The translations under genes were made by a program, and so were the position numbers. The notes beneath the pieces were generated by a model. It made no database searches and was not told the origin of the DNA. It worked only from the letters and a program-made list of their open reading frames with translations. DNA of 64,000 nt from Fibrobacteria bacterium (GTDB lineage: Bacteria; Fibrobacterota; Fibrobacteria; UBA11236). Positions 9,267 through 18,667 of this stretch are shown here, one piece after another; the stretch's first letter is position 1, and each line of letters starts with the position of its first letter. The stretch is taken from contig JAYTHY010000136.1 in assembly GCA_043732185.1 (NCBI GenBank), forward strand, positions 2,326 through 66,325, given 5' to 3'.

Positions 9267-9617
9267 TCAGTGGGAAGGGACATTTTTTCCATCCACTAGG
9301 ACAATGCGGGGACTGTGTAATGCCAGTTCCTTTTCTTCCATTAAAGCGTAAGTCATTATGATAACTGTATCACCAACATGGACAAGGCGCGCAGCTGCCC
9401 CGTTTACGCAAATTTCGCCGGACTCGGCTTTGCCGGCAATAGCATAGGTGTCAAACCGTTGGCCATTGTTGAGATTTACGACATTGACTTTTTCAAATTC
9501 CCGAATATCAGCCAATCGCATCAAATTGGAATCAATGGTTATCGAACCATTGTAATTGAGATTGGCGTCGGTAACTGTGGCGCGATGTATCTTGGATTTG
9601 AGGATATCCCTAAGCAT
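9267..9617 (-). CDS. panD: Aspartate 1-decarboxylase
   Basis: 116 aa with the N-terminal [29 protein letters not shown], which is classic PanD. Confidence 0.9.
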   Translation of the reverse strand: MLRDILKSKIHRATVTDANLNYNGSITIDSNLMRLADIREFEKVNVVNLNNGQRFDTYAIAGKAESGEICVNGAAARLVHVGDTVIIMTYALMEEKELALHSPRIVLVDGKNVPSH

Positions 9618-9630
9618 TTACCCCAATTTA

Positions 9631-10257
9631 CTAAAAACTAAGGGAAAGCAAGGTAGTCGGGCCACCGAATTGATTTAGCCCCAAATTCCACGAAAATCGA
9701 CCTGCTTCTTGATTGTCGACATACCTAGTGCCCATGAAGGCATCACCCGCGCTGGTCAGCATTGCCCCCAAGGCAACAATGGGGTAAAAGGGGTAGATCG
9801 TATGGCTTTCTTTATTCTGGTGCAATATGGTGAGTGCGATTCCGCCTACGAAAAGCGATGTTAGTGCGGCGCCAAAGTAAGGTCTATGGGTCCGATACTC
9901 ATAAAATCCCGGTAGAACAAAAGAAACAAAGGGTGCCATATTGTTAGCATCCTGCTTACGATAGCTCCGATCGATATCGTCATCGGCCATGCCACCCTTT
10001 TTTTCAGAAAGCCAATGATCTTCAGTGACTCCTAGCTTCTTCCATGGTTCCGAAAAATATTCATTGGGCGAAATGCCCACTTCCAGCAGGCGAAGAAATT
10101 TGGACTTGGACATGCCGCTTTCCTTGACCTTTTGGAATTCTTCCTGACTGATCCCCATGTCCTCTGCAGTGGTGTTTTCCCATTCATTTGCCAATACCAA
10201 ACCGCTTGGAAGCAGAAGGAGCACGGCCAGAAGGATTACTCTTTTTATTGATGTCAT
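9631..10257 (-). CDS. Hypothetical secreted protein
   Basis: N-terminal signal peptide MTSIKRVILLAVLLLLPSGLVLA. No recognisable domain. Confidence 0.45.
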   Translation of the reverse strand: MTSIKRVILLAVLLLLPSGLVLANEWENTTAEDMGISQEEFQKVKESGMSKSKFLRLLEVGISPNEYFSEPWKKLGVTEDHWLSEKKGGMADDDIDRSYRKQDANNMAPFVSFVLPGFYEYRTHRPYFGAALTSLFVGGIALTILHQNKESHTIYPFYPIVALGAMLTSAGDAFMGTRYVDNQEAGRFSWNLGLNQFGGPTTLLSLSF

Positions 10258-10337
10258 AAGGAGAAGTTTCCTTTTGATTGTTCTGGATTAAGATAAGGCC
10301 ATTTCGAAAAAAAAACATGGCTCAGAAAAAAGTTTTC

Positions 10338-10424
10338 TGGTGCCGAGGGGGGGAATTGAACCCCCACAGAGTTGCCCCTATCGGATTTTGAGTCCGACGC
10401 GTCTACCAATTTCACCACCTCGGC
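10338..10424 (-). tRNA. tRNA-Leu(CAA), type II with a long variable arm and encoded CCA
   Basis: Reverse complement reads GCCGAGGTGGTGAAATTGGTAGACGCGTCGGACTCAAAATCCGATAGGGGCAACTCTGTGGGGGTTCAATTCCCCCCCTCGGCACCA. It has a 7-bp acceptor stem, anticodon stem TCGGA/TCCGA with loop CTCAAAA, and T-arm GGGGG-TTCAATT-CCCCC. Confidence 0.9.
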
Positions 10425-10494
10425 GATGAACCTTACCCTTCCAGGGCTAGGGAAATATAATTCAAAACTTTGGAAAGTGGGAAAGTCCGGTAGA

Positions 10495-11763
10495 TCAAGG
10501 TGAGAGCGGCACCGGCTGAGAAAGGAGTTCATGCGGTTTAAGAACCTTTTGCGCGTATTCCGAGGCTGCTTCCAGGGTTGGAAATCTGCCCAAACGTACT
10601 TGATAAAAGATTTTGCCGTTCCGTTTGGTTTCAACGATTTCTGGAACCAAATCGAGCCTGGCCAAAACTACAGCCATTGATTTTGCATTGGCTACCTGAG
10701 AGAACGCTCCCAATTGCAAGGTGTAAGTGGATTCCTGCGTTGGTGGGAAAGGAGTTGGATTTTTTTTGCTAACCAACGGTGTTACCGATGTGTCCTTGGA
10801 TGATCTGGTGGCTCCTTTATAAGGGCCGGAGCCTGTTTTCCAGCGCGCTGAAGGGATTCCGATATTCAACTTTCGTATGTATCTAGCCTCTGGGCTTTGT
10901 GGATAGACCGATACCAATGTATCCATTAGACGTTTTTCCTCTTCGCGGCTGAGTCCCTGTTGCAGCTGTGCAGATAGGAGTAATAAAGCAGGCTTTTCTT
11001 CTTGAGGAGCGCGGTCCAAGGCAACCGTGGCCGCTTCCACGGCACCCAATCGATCTCCCATCGCAGCCTTGGTTTTTGCAATACCCTCTAAGGCCAATGG
11101 CAAATAATAAGCGTCAGTATTTTGGGGGCTGGAAAGGGTTTGAAAATATCCGAGCGCGGAATCGGTGTAAGAGGGTTTATCCGGATTGCTTTGTGCTAAG
11201 GACAAGCAGGCATTGCCCATCCAATAAAGCGCAGGGTCGCGCCAGTTCCCAACTGGATAGAGTCGCAGGTAATTGCGAAATAATGGGATGGCCTGTGTGT
11301 ATTTTCCGGCGGCATAACAGTACTGCCCTTGGCGGAAATAACTTTCCTCGCTTTCCTCATCCGGTCCTGAGGCTTTAATTCTCTTGCGAAAAAAATCACC
11401 GGATACTTTTCCTTCAGAACTTAATTTAGCGACCATGAACATGGCAAAAACATCGGTGGAATCCGCTTTCAGAGATTGTTGGCTGAGGTGCAAAGCCGAG
11501 TCCAGCAATCCCTGGCGGGCCAGGCTTTGGATTTCCTCATGTTTGGAAGAAATCGACGGAGTGCTTTGCGTAGGCGTTGAGGCTGTGACAGCTTCTTGTT
11601 GATCTGTCACGGCTTCTTGATGGCTAGTCGAAAGTGACGACAGCGAGGCTGAAGTGGCTTGGCAGCCAATCAGAAACCAGAGAAAAAAAAGGCGTTTAAG
11701 ACGTTCCAACTTGGCTCTTTTCAAATCAGTCGGCAGAGACTTGACCGCGTAAAACGGTTCCAC
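10495..11763 (-). CDS. TPR-repeat protein with a C-terminal SPOR (peptidoglycan-binding) domain
   Basis: TPR-like helical repeats. The C-terminus YTLQLGAFSQVANAKSMAVVLARL...FYQVRLGRFPTLEAASEYAQKV is typical of SPOR. Confidence 0.6.
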   Translation of the reverse strand: MEPFYAVKSLPTDLKRAKLERLKRLFFLWFLIGCQATSASLSSLSTSHQEAVTDQQEAVTASTPTQSTPSISSKHEEIQSLARQGLLDSALHLSQQSLKADSTDVFAMFMVAKLSSEGKVSGDFFRKRIKASGPDEESEESYFRQGQYCYAAGKYTQAIPLFRNYLRLYPVGNWRDPALYWMGNACLSLAQSNPDKPSYTDSALGYFQTLSSPQNTDAYYLPLALEGIAKTKAAMGDRLGAVEAATVALDRAPQEEKPALLLLSAQLQQGLSREEEKRLMDTLVSVYPQSPEARYIRKLNIGIPSARWKTGSGPYKGATRSSKDTSVTPLVSKKNPTPFPPTQESTYTLQLGAFSQVANAKSMAVVLARLDLVPEIVETKRNGKIFYQVRLGRFPTLEAASEYAQKVLKPHELLSQPVPLSP

Positions 11764-13045
11764 TGCGAGAAAGGATTTTAGCCTGCACCAAAGAGCCTTT
11801 GCCTAGGCCGGGAACATCAGGGACAATGACTTTTTTAAAACATCCCGTCTTTCCCACCCATTCGCGATCGCTACGGGAGGATTTCTCTTCGATCAAAATC
11901 ATTTCTTTGCGCCCTACCATTGCTTCCAGCTTCTGCTCCGTGATGCCTGTTTGCAAATGGATAAGTCTTTCCAAACGGTCCTGCTTCTCTGCGGCCGACA
12001 GCGTTTCTATTTCTTCAAAGGCGCGCGTGCCTTCCCGCGGGGAATACGCGAAGGTAAAGGCGCTGTCAAACCCAACCGTTCTGACCAGTGAAAGAGTCTC
12101 TTCAAAGTCCTCTTCCGTTTCACCGACAAAACCCGTAATGATATCGGTGGATAAACCGACATTGGGAATAGTGGATCGAATTTCAGCTACGATTTCCAAA
12201 AAGCGCTCACGGGTATACTGCCTTCGCATCTTTGTCAGAATTTTATTGGAACCGGACTGCACAGGTATATGGACATGGTTGCAAATTTTTTCGCATTCAG
12301 CCATGGCGCGAATGGTTTCAGTATCAAAATGACGTGGATGTGGTGAAGTGAAACGGATGCGATAAAGGCCTTGCACACGGTTCAGCTTGCGAAGTAACGA
12401 CGCAAAAGTGTCGTCGTCTGTGCGATAGGAGTTGACTGTTTGGCCGAGCAGACAAACTTCACGAACACCTTCGGATACGGCCCGCTCTACCTCTTCGATA
12501 ATTGAAGCGGCTTCACGGCTGCGTTCTACGCCACGCACCGTGGGTACAATGCAATAGGTGCAGCGTTTGTTGCAGCCGCGCATGATGGTAATGTGACAAG
12601 ACACTTCGGAATCCAGCTTAGCCATGACTCCCGCATAATTTTCAAAGGCGTTCTGCTCGGTTAGAATCACCGGTTTCTTTTGCATCGGTTCAAAAAGCAA
12701 TGTTTCCAGTCCACGGTAATTGTCCGGCCCCACCACAAAATCAACATGGTCCAGCTCCACGGGAATTTTTTCACCATGGTTCTGGGCCATACACCCAATG
12801 ACGGCAATGCGTACAGCCGGATTCTGACGTTTGTAATAGCGCATTCCGGCTATGCGTGCGTAGGCGCGATCCTCGGCACCTCCACGTATGGAACAGGTGT
12901 TGACTATCAGCACGTCCGCTTCAGCGGCATCCTGAGTCATAAGCATGCCGCGCTTTTCCAGCATTCCGCCGATGAGATTGGAATCGTACACGTTCATTTG
13001 GCAGCCAAAAGTGGCTAGGAAATATTTTTCGTTTTTTCTTATCAT
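11726..13045 (-). CDS. miaB: tRNA-i6A37 methylthiotransferase MiaB (radical SAM)
   Basis: N-terminal TFGCQMN...NTCSIRGGAE, radical-SAM CNKRCTYCIVP, and a C-terminal TRAM domain. Confidence 0.85.
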   Translation of the reverse strand: MIRKNEKYFLATFGCQMNVYDSNLIGGMLEKRGMLMTQDAAEADVLIVNTCSIRGGAEDRAYARIAGMRYYKRQNPAVRIAVIGCMAQNHGEKIPVELDHVDFVVGPDNYRGLETLLFEPMQKKPVILTEQNAFENYAGVMAKLDSEVSCHITIMRGCNKRCTYCIVPTVRGVERSREAASIIEEVERAVSEGVREVCLLGQTVNSYRTDDDTFASLLRKLNRVQGLYRIRFTSPHPRHFDTETIRAMAECEKICNHVHIPVQSGSNKILTKMRRQYTRERFLEIVAEIRSTIPNVGLSTDIITGFVGETEEDFEETLSLVRTVGFDSAFTFAYSPREGTRAFEEIETLSAAEKQDRLERLIHLQTGITEQKLEAMVGRKEMILIEEKSSRSDREWVGKTGCFKKVIVPDVPGLGKGSLVQAKILSRSGTVLRGQVSAD

Positions 13046-13833
13046 GGCTGGCTTCGGGAAAAAGGAATTTTAGGCTCGTTGCTTTCGTCTAGCGGCGGTA
13101 TCAGACTGGCAATGGCTTCAGGAAGAAAATGCATGTCCTCCAAGATAGCTTCCGGTTGCTCGGAGAGGAGTGCTTGCTTGGACCCAATGCCCCCTATAAA
13201 CCCTAAAAAATGAGTGCCGGCACGGCGTGCCACGCCTAAGTCTTGCAATCCATCGCCGATGACCAGGGATTCGGTTGGTCCAGCTTCGGCCCAAGCCAGT
13301 ATTTGCTGCAAAGCGCCCGGATTCGGTTTGACCCCAAAATCATTGTCTCCACCCAATACCCATGAAAAGTATGGAGCAATTCCCAAACCGGCTAAAATGC
13401 GTGTCGTGGGCAAAAGTGGTTTATTGGTCAACACCGCCATGCGGAAATGTCTGAGCTTCTCAAGCGAATTCCGGACACCCGGATAAAGGACGCTTTCACT
13501 CACGCAATGATTCTGGTAATATTCTAAAAATGCCGATAAAACTTTCTCCGTACGTGATTTCGGCGGCGTAAAACTCTCCGGCTCCTTCAAAGCCGATCTA
13601 AGACTGCGTTCAATGAGAAGCGTGGCACCATCGCCAACGAAGGCCAGAATGGATTCCAAGGGTAGGGAAGGATAGTCGCAATGTACCAGTCCATGGTTGA
13701 CTGCATGCCCCAGATCGATCCGCGTATCTACTAAGGTGCCATCCAAATCGAAAACTAATAGCTTTAACACCTTAGAAAGATAAGCTTCCGCCTGGAATGC
13801 GACTAGGGATCTGATGCGCTTCCTTCTTTCCAT
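13042..13833 (-). CDS. HAD-superfamily hydrolase (phosphoglycolate-phosphatase-like)
   Basis: LVFDLDGTLVDT motif I and downstream HAD motifs. The start may be internal because it overlaps the divergent neighbour. Confidence 0.7.
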   Translation of the reverse strand: MERRKRIRSLVAFQAEAYLSKVLKLLVFDLDGTLVDTRIDLGHAVNHGLVHCDYPSLPLESILAFVGDGATLLIERSLRSALKEPESFTPPKSRTEKVLSAFLEYYQNHCVSESVLYPGVRNSLEKLRHFRMAVLTNKPLLPTTRILAGLGIAPYFSWVLGGDNDFGVKPNPGALQQILAWAEAGPTESLVIGDGLQDLGVARRAGTHFLGFIGGIGSKQALLSEQPEAILEDMHFLPEAIASLIPPLDESNEPKIPFSRSQP

Positions 13834-14539
13834 TCACGATGTATGGCCCGGCAACCACTCCCTTGTTGTGGGATATTTGCAGCGTTTGCGATCCTTGGGC
13901 GCCGTCCAGCCGGCATTGCTCGTAGTTCCCAATTATCATGAACGTGCAGCGATGAATCAGAATGCTGAGTTTCTAGCCTGGTTGCGGCAGGAAGCGGAGA
14001 TGGGGACAGAAATTTTTCTGCATGGCTATCGTCACTGGATGCCGGAGCGCGCCGAAGGGGCTGCTTTTAAAGGCCATCGCAACAACTGGGGTCAGTGGAT
14101 CAATCGACACTGGGTTCAGGATGAAGCGGAGTTTTGTGGGCTTTCTGATAATGAAAAAACCAGGTTGCTGAAATTAGGATTGGCAGCGTTTCAACAAGCC
14201 AGCCTAACGTGTGTCGGTTTTATAGCTCCGACATGGCATGGCAGTCCAAAAAAGTCCATTCTGAGATTGCAGGGAATTAAAATTCAGGAAACACGCTTCT
14301 TCATCAAGCACTTGGATTCCTTGCGAGAGAGGTTCGCACCCCCTCTGGCCTGGACCCCTTCTGAAATGGGTAAGGCAAAACTGATTGGAGGCCAGGCTTG
14401 GCTGAAGCTCTTGATGCACTTGCCACTCATCAAAGTGGCCATTCATCCAGGCGATATGGATAGTTCAGAAACCTTGCGTATACTGGAAGGGGTTTGCGCT
14501 TCCGGCAGCTGGTCGAGCTACCGTGAATTATTTGTTTAG
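13814..14539 (+). CDS. Polysaccharide-deacetylase-like (DUF2334-type) protein
   Basis: N-terminal LSIHDVWPG and length and pattern reminiscent of DUF2334. This is a weak call. Confidence 0.35.
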   Translation: MRFLLSIHDVWPGNHSLVVGYLQRLRSLGAVQPALLVVPNYHERAAMNQNAEFLAWLRQEAEMGTEIFLHGYRHWMPERAEGAAFKGHRNNWGQWINRHWVQDEAEFCGLSDNEKTRLLKLGLAAFQQASLTCVGFIAPTWHGSPKKSILRLQGIKIQETRFFIKHLDSLRERFAPPLAWTPSEMGKAKLIGGQAWLKLLMHLPLIKVAIHPGDMDSSETLRILEGVCASGSWSSYRELFV

Positions 14540-14563
14540 GGTTAGTTTTAGGTCCAGGCTCAG

Positions 14564-14932
14564 TTACAGTTTGGAAATCACCTGTACTTTAATGGCATCG
14601 GAAACCATACTGCTTTTTTCATCCTTGGCCTTTACCGTTGTTTCACCGGGAATCCGGCCAACTATTCTCTGGATATTTACCACACCGGCAATGGTTGTGT
14701 CCCCGACAATCAGGCCAAAACTGGAATAGGGATTTGTAGTATACGTGCGGCCCGTGGCATCCGTTAAGGTTTTAGAAAGAACGAGAACTGGACTCGTGTC
14801 TCCGACCGTAATTAAAATGGGAGCGGGCGTTCGAATTTCCACTTTATCTTGTTTGACCTCCGGTTCAGAGCAGGCCGCAAGTGTCAAGCCTATGACCAGG
14901 GTTAGATAGGTGTTCAAGGATGATTTGTGCAT
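14564..14932 (-). CDS. Small lipoprotein, possibly with a Big_2-like beta domain
   Basis: Lipobox LTLAAC followed by a beta-rich sequence. Confidence 0.4.
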   Translation of the reverse strand: MHKSSLNTYLTLVIGLTLAACSEPEVKQDKVEIRTPAPILITVGDTSPVLVLSKTLTDATGRTYTTNPYSSFGLIVGDTTIAGVVNIQRIVGRIPGETTVKAKDEKSSMVSDAIKVQVISKL

Positions 14933-14954
14933 GATTAAGGCCTTTTTTGAAGGT

Positions 14955-15776
14955 TTAAAGTTGACTGAAAAATCTGGCTAGGCGCGCGCGCAGCCCGCGT
15001 TCGGGAAGAAATTCTGTAGCCGCAATTAAATTCTCGGCCATATGTTCGGGATTTCGGGTAGCCGGTATCGCGCAGGTTACATCAGGATGTGAGAGAACGT
15101 ATTGCAAAAAAAGTCTGCTCCATGTGGTTAAGCCCGCCTCCACTGCCCAGGGAGGAATTTCGACTCCATGTACGCGATGAAATAATTCACCTTTTCCCAG
15201 TGGTCGATTGATGAGGACAGCGATGCCATGATCTGCTGCAAACGGAAGCATACGCTTTTCTGCCTCTCGGTCGGCGATGGAAAAATTGAATTGCAGGAAG
15301 TCCGGCTTTTCCTGTTCCGCCACTTTTTCCAATTCCGGGAAAGCGGAACCCTGGTAATGGGTGAGTCCCCAATATCGGATGCGGCCAGCGGCTTTCCATT
15401 CCCGGAGCACTGGCACATGGGTTTGCCAATCCAGCAAATTATGGACTTGCATCAGATCCAGGCTGTACCGGCCCAGAAGACGCAAGGAATTTTCCATTTG
15501 GGCGATTCCGCTCTCACGGCCTTTTGTCCATACCTTGGTAGCCAAAAAAAGTTTTTCAGCGGCACCAAGGCCTGCGGCCGTGTCTCCAAGCGCGTCTTCC
15601 GCCAATCCATACATGGGAGAGGTGTCTACCAAACGGCAACCGGCCGTCAAAAATTCTTCCAGAACCGTTGCGATGGGATTACGCAGCGTACCTTTCGGGA
15701 CGTCAAAGGCGCTCCAGGTACCCAGGCCAAAGGCAGGCAGCATTTCACCGGAGGAAGGAATTCTGCGCATTGGCAT
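14955..15776 (-). CDS. Aldo/keto reductase
   Basis: AFGLGTWSAF, LVDTSPMYG and a C-terminal AKR block. The ORF is open to 15815; the Met at 15776 (MPMRR) fits the usual AKR N-terminus. Confidence 0.75.
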   Translation of the reverse strand: MPMRRIPSSGEMLPAFGLGTWSAFDVPKGTLRNPIATVLEEFLTAGCRLVDTSPMYGLAEDALGDTAAGLGAAEKLFLATKVWTKGRESGIAQMENSLRLLGRYSLDLMQVHNLLDWQTHVPVLREWKAAGRIRYWGLTHYQGSAFPELEKVAEQEKPDFLQFNFSIADREAEKRMLPFAADHGIAVLINRPLGKGELFHRVHGVEIPPWAVEAGLTTWSRLFLQYVLSHPDVTCAIPATRNPEHMAENLIAATEFLPERGLRARLARFFSQL

Positions 15777-15908
15777 TTTTATTTGGTCGCCAGGCAGCAT
15801 ATTATCGGATGTCAAAGGTGATTTTCCGTTCGGTTGCTTCGATTAGTTGTGTCCGTTAATATAGGAATACCATAATGATTAACTTTGCCTAAGATGTAGG
15901 AGTCCACA

Positions 15909-17072
15909 ATGCAGAAATGGGTTTTATCAGCAATCTTGGTTTTTCTCTCCATGATGCCTGTAGCTGCCATCGAAATAGCTCCGGGGGATAGCAGCAACGG
16001 TTGGGGGTATGGCTATGCTGCATTGCTAAAAGACTTGGCCGAGTGGCGGTTAAATCCAAATGTCAAAGTCGATTCCATTGGCGCCACGGTGGAAGGTCGG
16101 GCGTTGTGGATGGTTTCCATTTCCGATGCAGCGGATAGTCTAGGCCAAGCGAGCGCGGGCACTCCGCGAAAACACCGAATCTTCATTCATGCACGAACCC
16201 ATCCGGCCGAGGTGCAGGCCAACTTTATCGCCAATGAAACCATACGTTTTCTGCTTCAGGCAACTCCCGAAGCCGCTCGATTGCGTTCCGATTTTATCTT
16301 CAATATCATCCCCATGTACAATCCTGACGGTGTTGAAGCTGGGCATGGCCGTCTCAATGCACATTTGGTGGATTTGGAGTCCAATTGGGACAAGCCGGTT
16401 ATTGAACCAGAAGTGCTGGCCCTGCGGGGCCTTTTCGATCGACTCATGCAAGGGCCTATTCCTGTTGAAGTGGCGCTTAATTTGCATTCCGATCAACTGA
16501 ATTGCACTCGATTCTTTTTTTACCACCTTGCGGCCGGGACCTCGGAGGCGTATACCGGAATGGAGCAAAATTTTATCGGCAAAGTGCAAGGATACTTTCC
16601 AGCTGGCATCCAAGATTGGAATTTTGTAAGCAGTTGGGGCAATGGGACACAAACGCGCTATCCCGAAGGGTACTGGTGGCTCAATTACCATGAGAATGTT
16701 TTGGCTCTCACCTATGAAGACACCAATTGTCCCAATGCCAGTGGCTTTGATAGCACAGGACATGCCTTGGTCTTGGGCGCTGCGGCGTATATCCGAAGTA
16801 AAAATTTATTGGCAATCCGAACGCCTATGTCAGAAGCATTTGGTTTAATCACTGAGCAGGAAGGCATTCGAATTCTGGCGTTGGCAAGGACTAGTTGGAA
16901 AACTTGGGTGCTCACAGATATCCAAGGCCATAACCGGGTAGGGGGGATATTGTCGCCTTCCGAGGATTTTCTCACTTGGAACAGACTTCCTAAATCAGGG
17001 GGCCAAGTCCTTTCCATTTTTAGTTCTGGACGACTTTTGGGTCGATTGATTGTGCCAATGCGGCAACTTTGA
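15909..17072 (+). CDS. M14-family zinc carboxypeptidase, secreted
   Basis: Signal peptide. HARTHPAEV zinc-ligand block, NPDGVEAGH, and a downstream His/Glu region. The C-terminal 70 aa could be a T9SS-type sorting domain, but that is unverified. Confidence 0.65.
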   Translation: MQKWVLSAILVFLSMMPVAAIEIAPGDSSNGWGYGYAALLKDLAEWRLNPNVKVDSIGATVEGRALWMVSISDAADSLGQASAGTPRKHRIFIHARTHPAEVQANFIANETIRFLLQATPEAARLRSDFIFNIIPMYNPDGVEAGHGRLNAHLVDLESNWDKPVIEPEVLALRGLFDRLMQGPIPVEVALNLHSDQLNCTRFFFYHLAAGTSEAYTGMEQNFIGKVQGYFPAGIQDWNFVSSWGNGTQTRYPEGYWWLNYHENVLALTYEDTNCPNASGFDSTGHALVLGAAAYIRSKNLLAIRTPMSEAFGLITEQEGIRILALARTSWKTWVLTDIQGHNRVGGILSPSEDFLTWNRLPKSGGQVLSIFSSGRLLGRLIVPMRQL

Positions 17073-17204
17073 AGGGCTACTGCAGAAGCCAAAGTTGAGC
17101 TAATTTTGAAAATTCACGGATTTCACCCCACAAAACAATGAATTTGCGGGGATCTTACGCATTAAGGCTTGACTGTGGAAACGCTAAAGGTAGTTTTCAA
17201 ATGC

Positions 17205-17639
17205 ATGCAATACTTTTTCAAAACATTTCTGATAGGATGCTTGGCAATGGGGCTTAACTGTGCTTCCGCGCAGTCCAGCACTGATGCGAAAATGGAATCA
17301 GAACAGACAGCCAAGCTGGAGTATGCAAATCCTTATATGGAACATGCCTCACTAGCCGCTTTTTCCGTCGGGTCCCTGCTTGTCGGCGGGGTTTTTTACG
17401 CGCTTCAGTCCTCGATGCCAGGGCCGCGTGCCGGTTTTATTAAAGACGATCGGTCTACTCTTGGGACCGCAGTTGGCGCGGCCGGAATCACAGCCGCAGT
17501 CGCTGGCATTGCCTATTTCTTTTATTCGGCTCGCGATGTCCAACGAGCCAGGTCCTGGGATGCGCATCTTTCCGGAGGCCTTGATCCAGGGGGCAAGTTG
17601 AACGTGTCTGCCGCACTCTCGATGCCACTGCCATTATGA
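17205..17639 (+). CDS. Hypothetical secreted or membrane protein
   Basis: Signal peptide MQYFFKTFLIGCLAMGLNCASA. The 4-nt overlap (ATGA) with the nadA start suggests coupling. Confidence 0.4.
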   Translation: MQYFFKTFLIGCLAMGLNCASAQSSTDAKMESEQTAKLEYANPYMEHASLAAFSVGSLLVGGVFYALQSSMPGPRAGFIKDDRSTLGTAVGAAGITAAVAGIAYFFYSARDVQRARSWDAHLSGGLDPGGKLNVSAALSMPLPL

Positions 17640-18667
17640 CGGCTGAAGAATTATTTGAAAAGCTGCGCAATGTCAAAGTGAACGGAGCCTTATGCACGTA
17701 TACTTTGGACAAATGCGCCTCCTTGATCCCCATAATCAATGCCATCAATGAAATCAAGCGGGCTAAAAATGCCGTCATACTGGCACATTCGTACGTCGCT
17801 CCAGAAATAGTTTATGGCGTCGCTGATTTCTCAGGCGACTCCTACGGATTGAGCAAAGACGCGGCGCGGACCACGGCGGATACCATTGTGTTTGCGGCTG
17901 TTCGTTTTATGGGAGAGACGGCTAAGATTCTCAATCCCGATAAGGAAGTGCTGATTCCCGGAAAGAATCCGGGCTGTAGTCTGGCGGATGCAATTACCGG
18001 AGAAGATGTGCGAGCCTTGCGACAACTCTTCCCGGACCATACCTTTGTCTGTTATATCAATACCACCGCGGACGTCAAGGCGGAATGCGATGTGTGTGTA
18101 ACCTCCTCTAACGTGTACAATATCGTCGAGGCCATTCCCAACGACAAGATTTATTTTCTGCCGGACAAACTGATGGGGAAAAATCTGCAAGAGGAAATGA
18201 TCCGCCGGAATGTCATTAAGGACATCCAAATTTTTGACGGCACCTGTTATGTTCATGAACAATATGATCCGGAAATGATCCGATACCTTCGCCTTAAATT
18301 TCCGAAAATGGAAGTTGTGACCCATCCGGAGTGCAGTCCCCAGGTTGTGCAGGCATCGGACTATATTGGCAGCACTTCGCAAATGCTGACCCATATTGGC
18401 GAATCCAAACAGGATACGTTTCTGGTCCTGACGGAATGCGGTCTGGTTTCGCGTCTACAGGTGGAGCATCCGGGAAAAACCTTTGTCGGCTCCTGTACGC
18501 AATGCAAGTATATGCAGTCGAACACACTCGAAGGTATCCTGCGGGTGCTGGTGAAACCGGAACCACGGGATCGCGTCACCATCGAAAATTCCGTCAGGCT
18601 TCGCGCCTTGAAGTCTATCGAAGAAATGTTCCGCATAACCGAGAATTACCAACCTCGGCATGTCTAG
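17636..18667 (+). CDS. nadA: Quinolinate synthase NadA
   Basis: 343 aa with ILAHSY, TSSN and GxCxxH-type NadA blocks. Confidence 0.9.
   Translation: MTAEELFEKLRNVKVNGALCTYTLDKCASLIPIINAINEIKRAKNAVILAHSYVAPEIVYGVADFSGDSYGLSKDAARTTADTIVFAAVRFMGETAKILNPDKEVLIPGKNPGCSLADAITGEDVRALRQLFPDHTFVCYINTTADVKAECDVCVTSSNVYNIVEAIPNDKIYFLPDKLMGKNLQEEMIRRNVIKDIQIFDGTCYVHEQYDPEMIRYLRLKFPKMEVVTHPECSPQVVQASDYIGSTSQMLTHIGESKQDTFLVLTECGLVSRLQVEHPGKTFVGSCTQCKYMQSNTLEGILRVLVKPEPRDRVTIENSVRLRALKSIEEMFRITENYQPRHV

Noticed and set aside
10258-10494. tRNA-Leu as a possible integration hotspot for a prophage or island.
   Set aside because: No integrase, no direct repeat of the tRNA 3' end, and housekeeping genes on both sides.
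10254-10634. 126-aa minus-strand ORF.
   Set aside because: It overlaps the tRNA-Leu gene and the 3' end of the TPR/SPOR gene, so it is spurious.
13814-13833. 20-nt overlap of divergent HAD and DUF2334-like gene starts.
   Set aside because: This is the same issue. The HAD gene probably starts at an internal non-ATG codon. It is not evidence of anything unusual.
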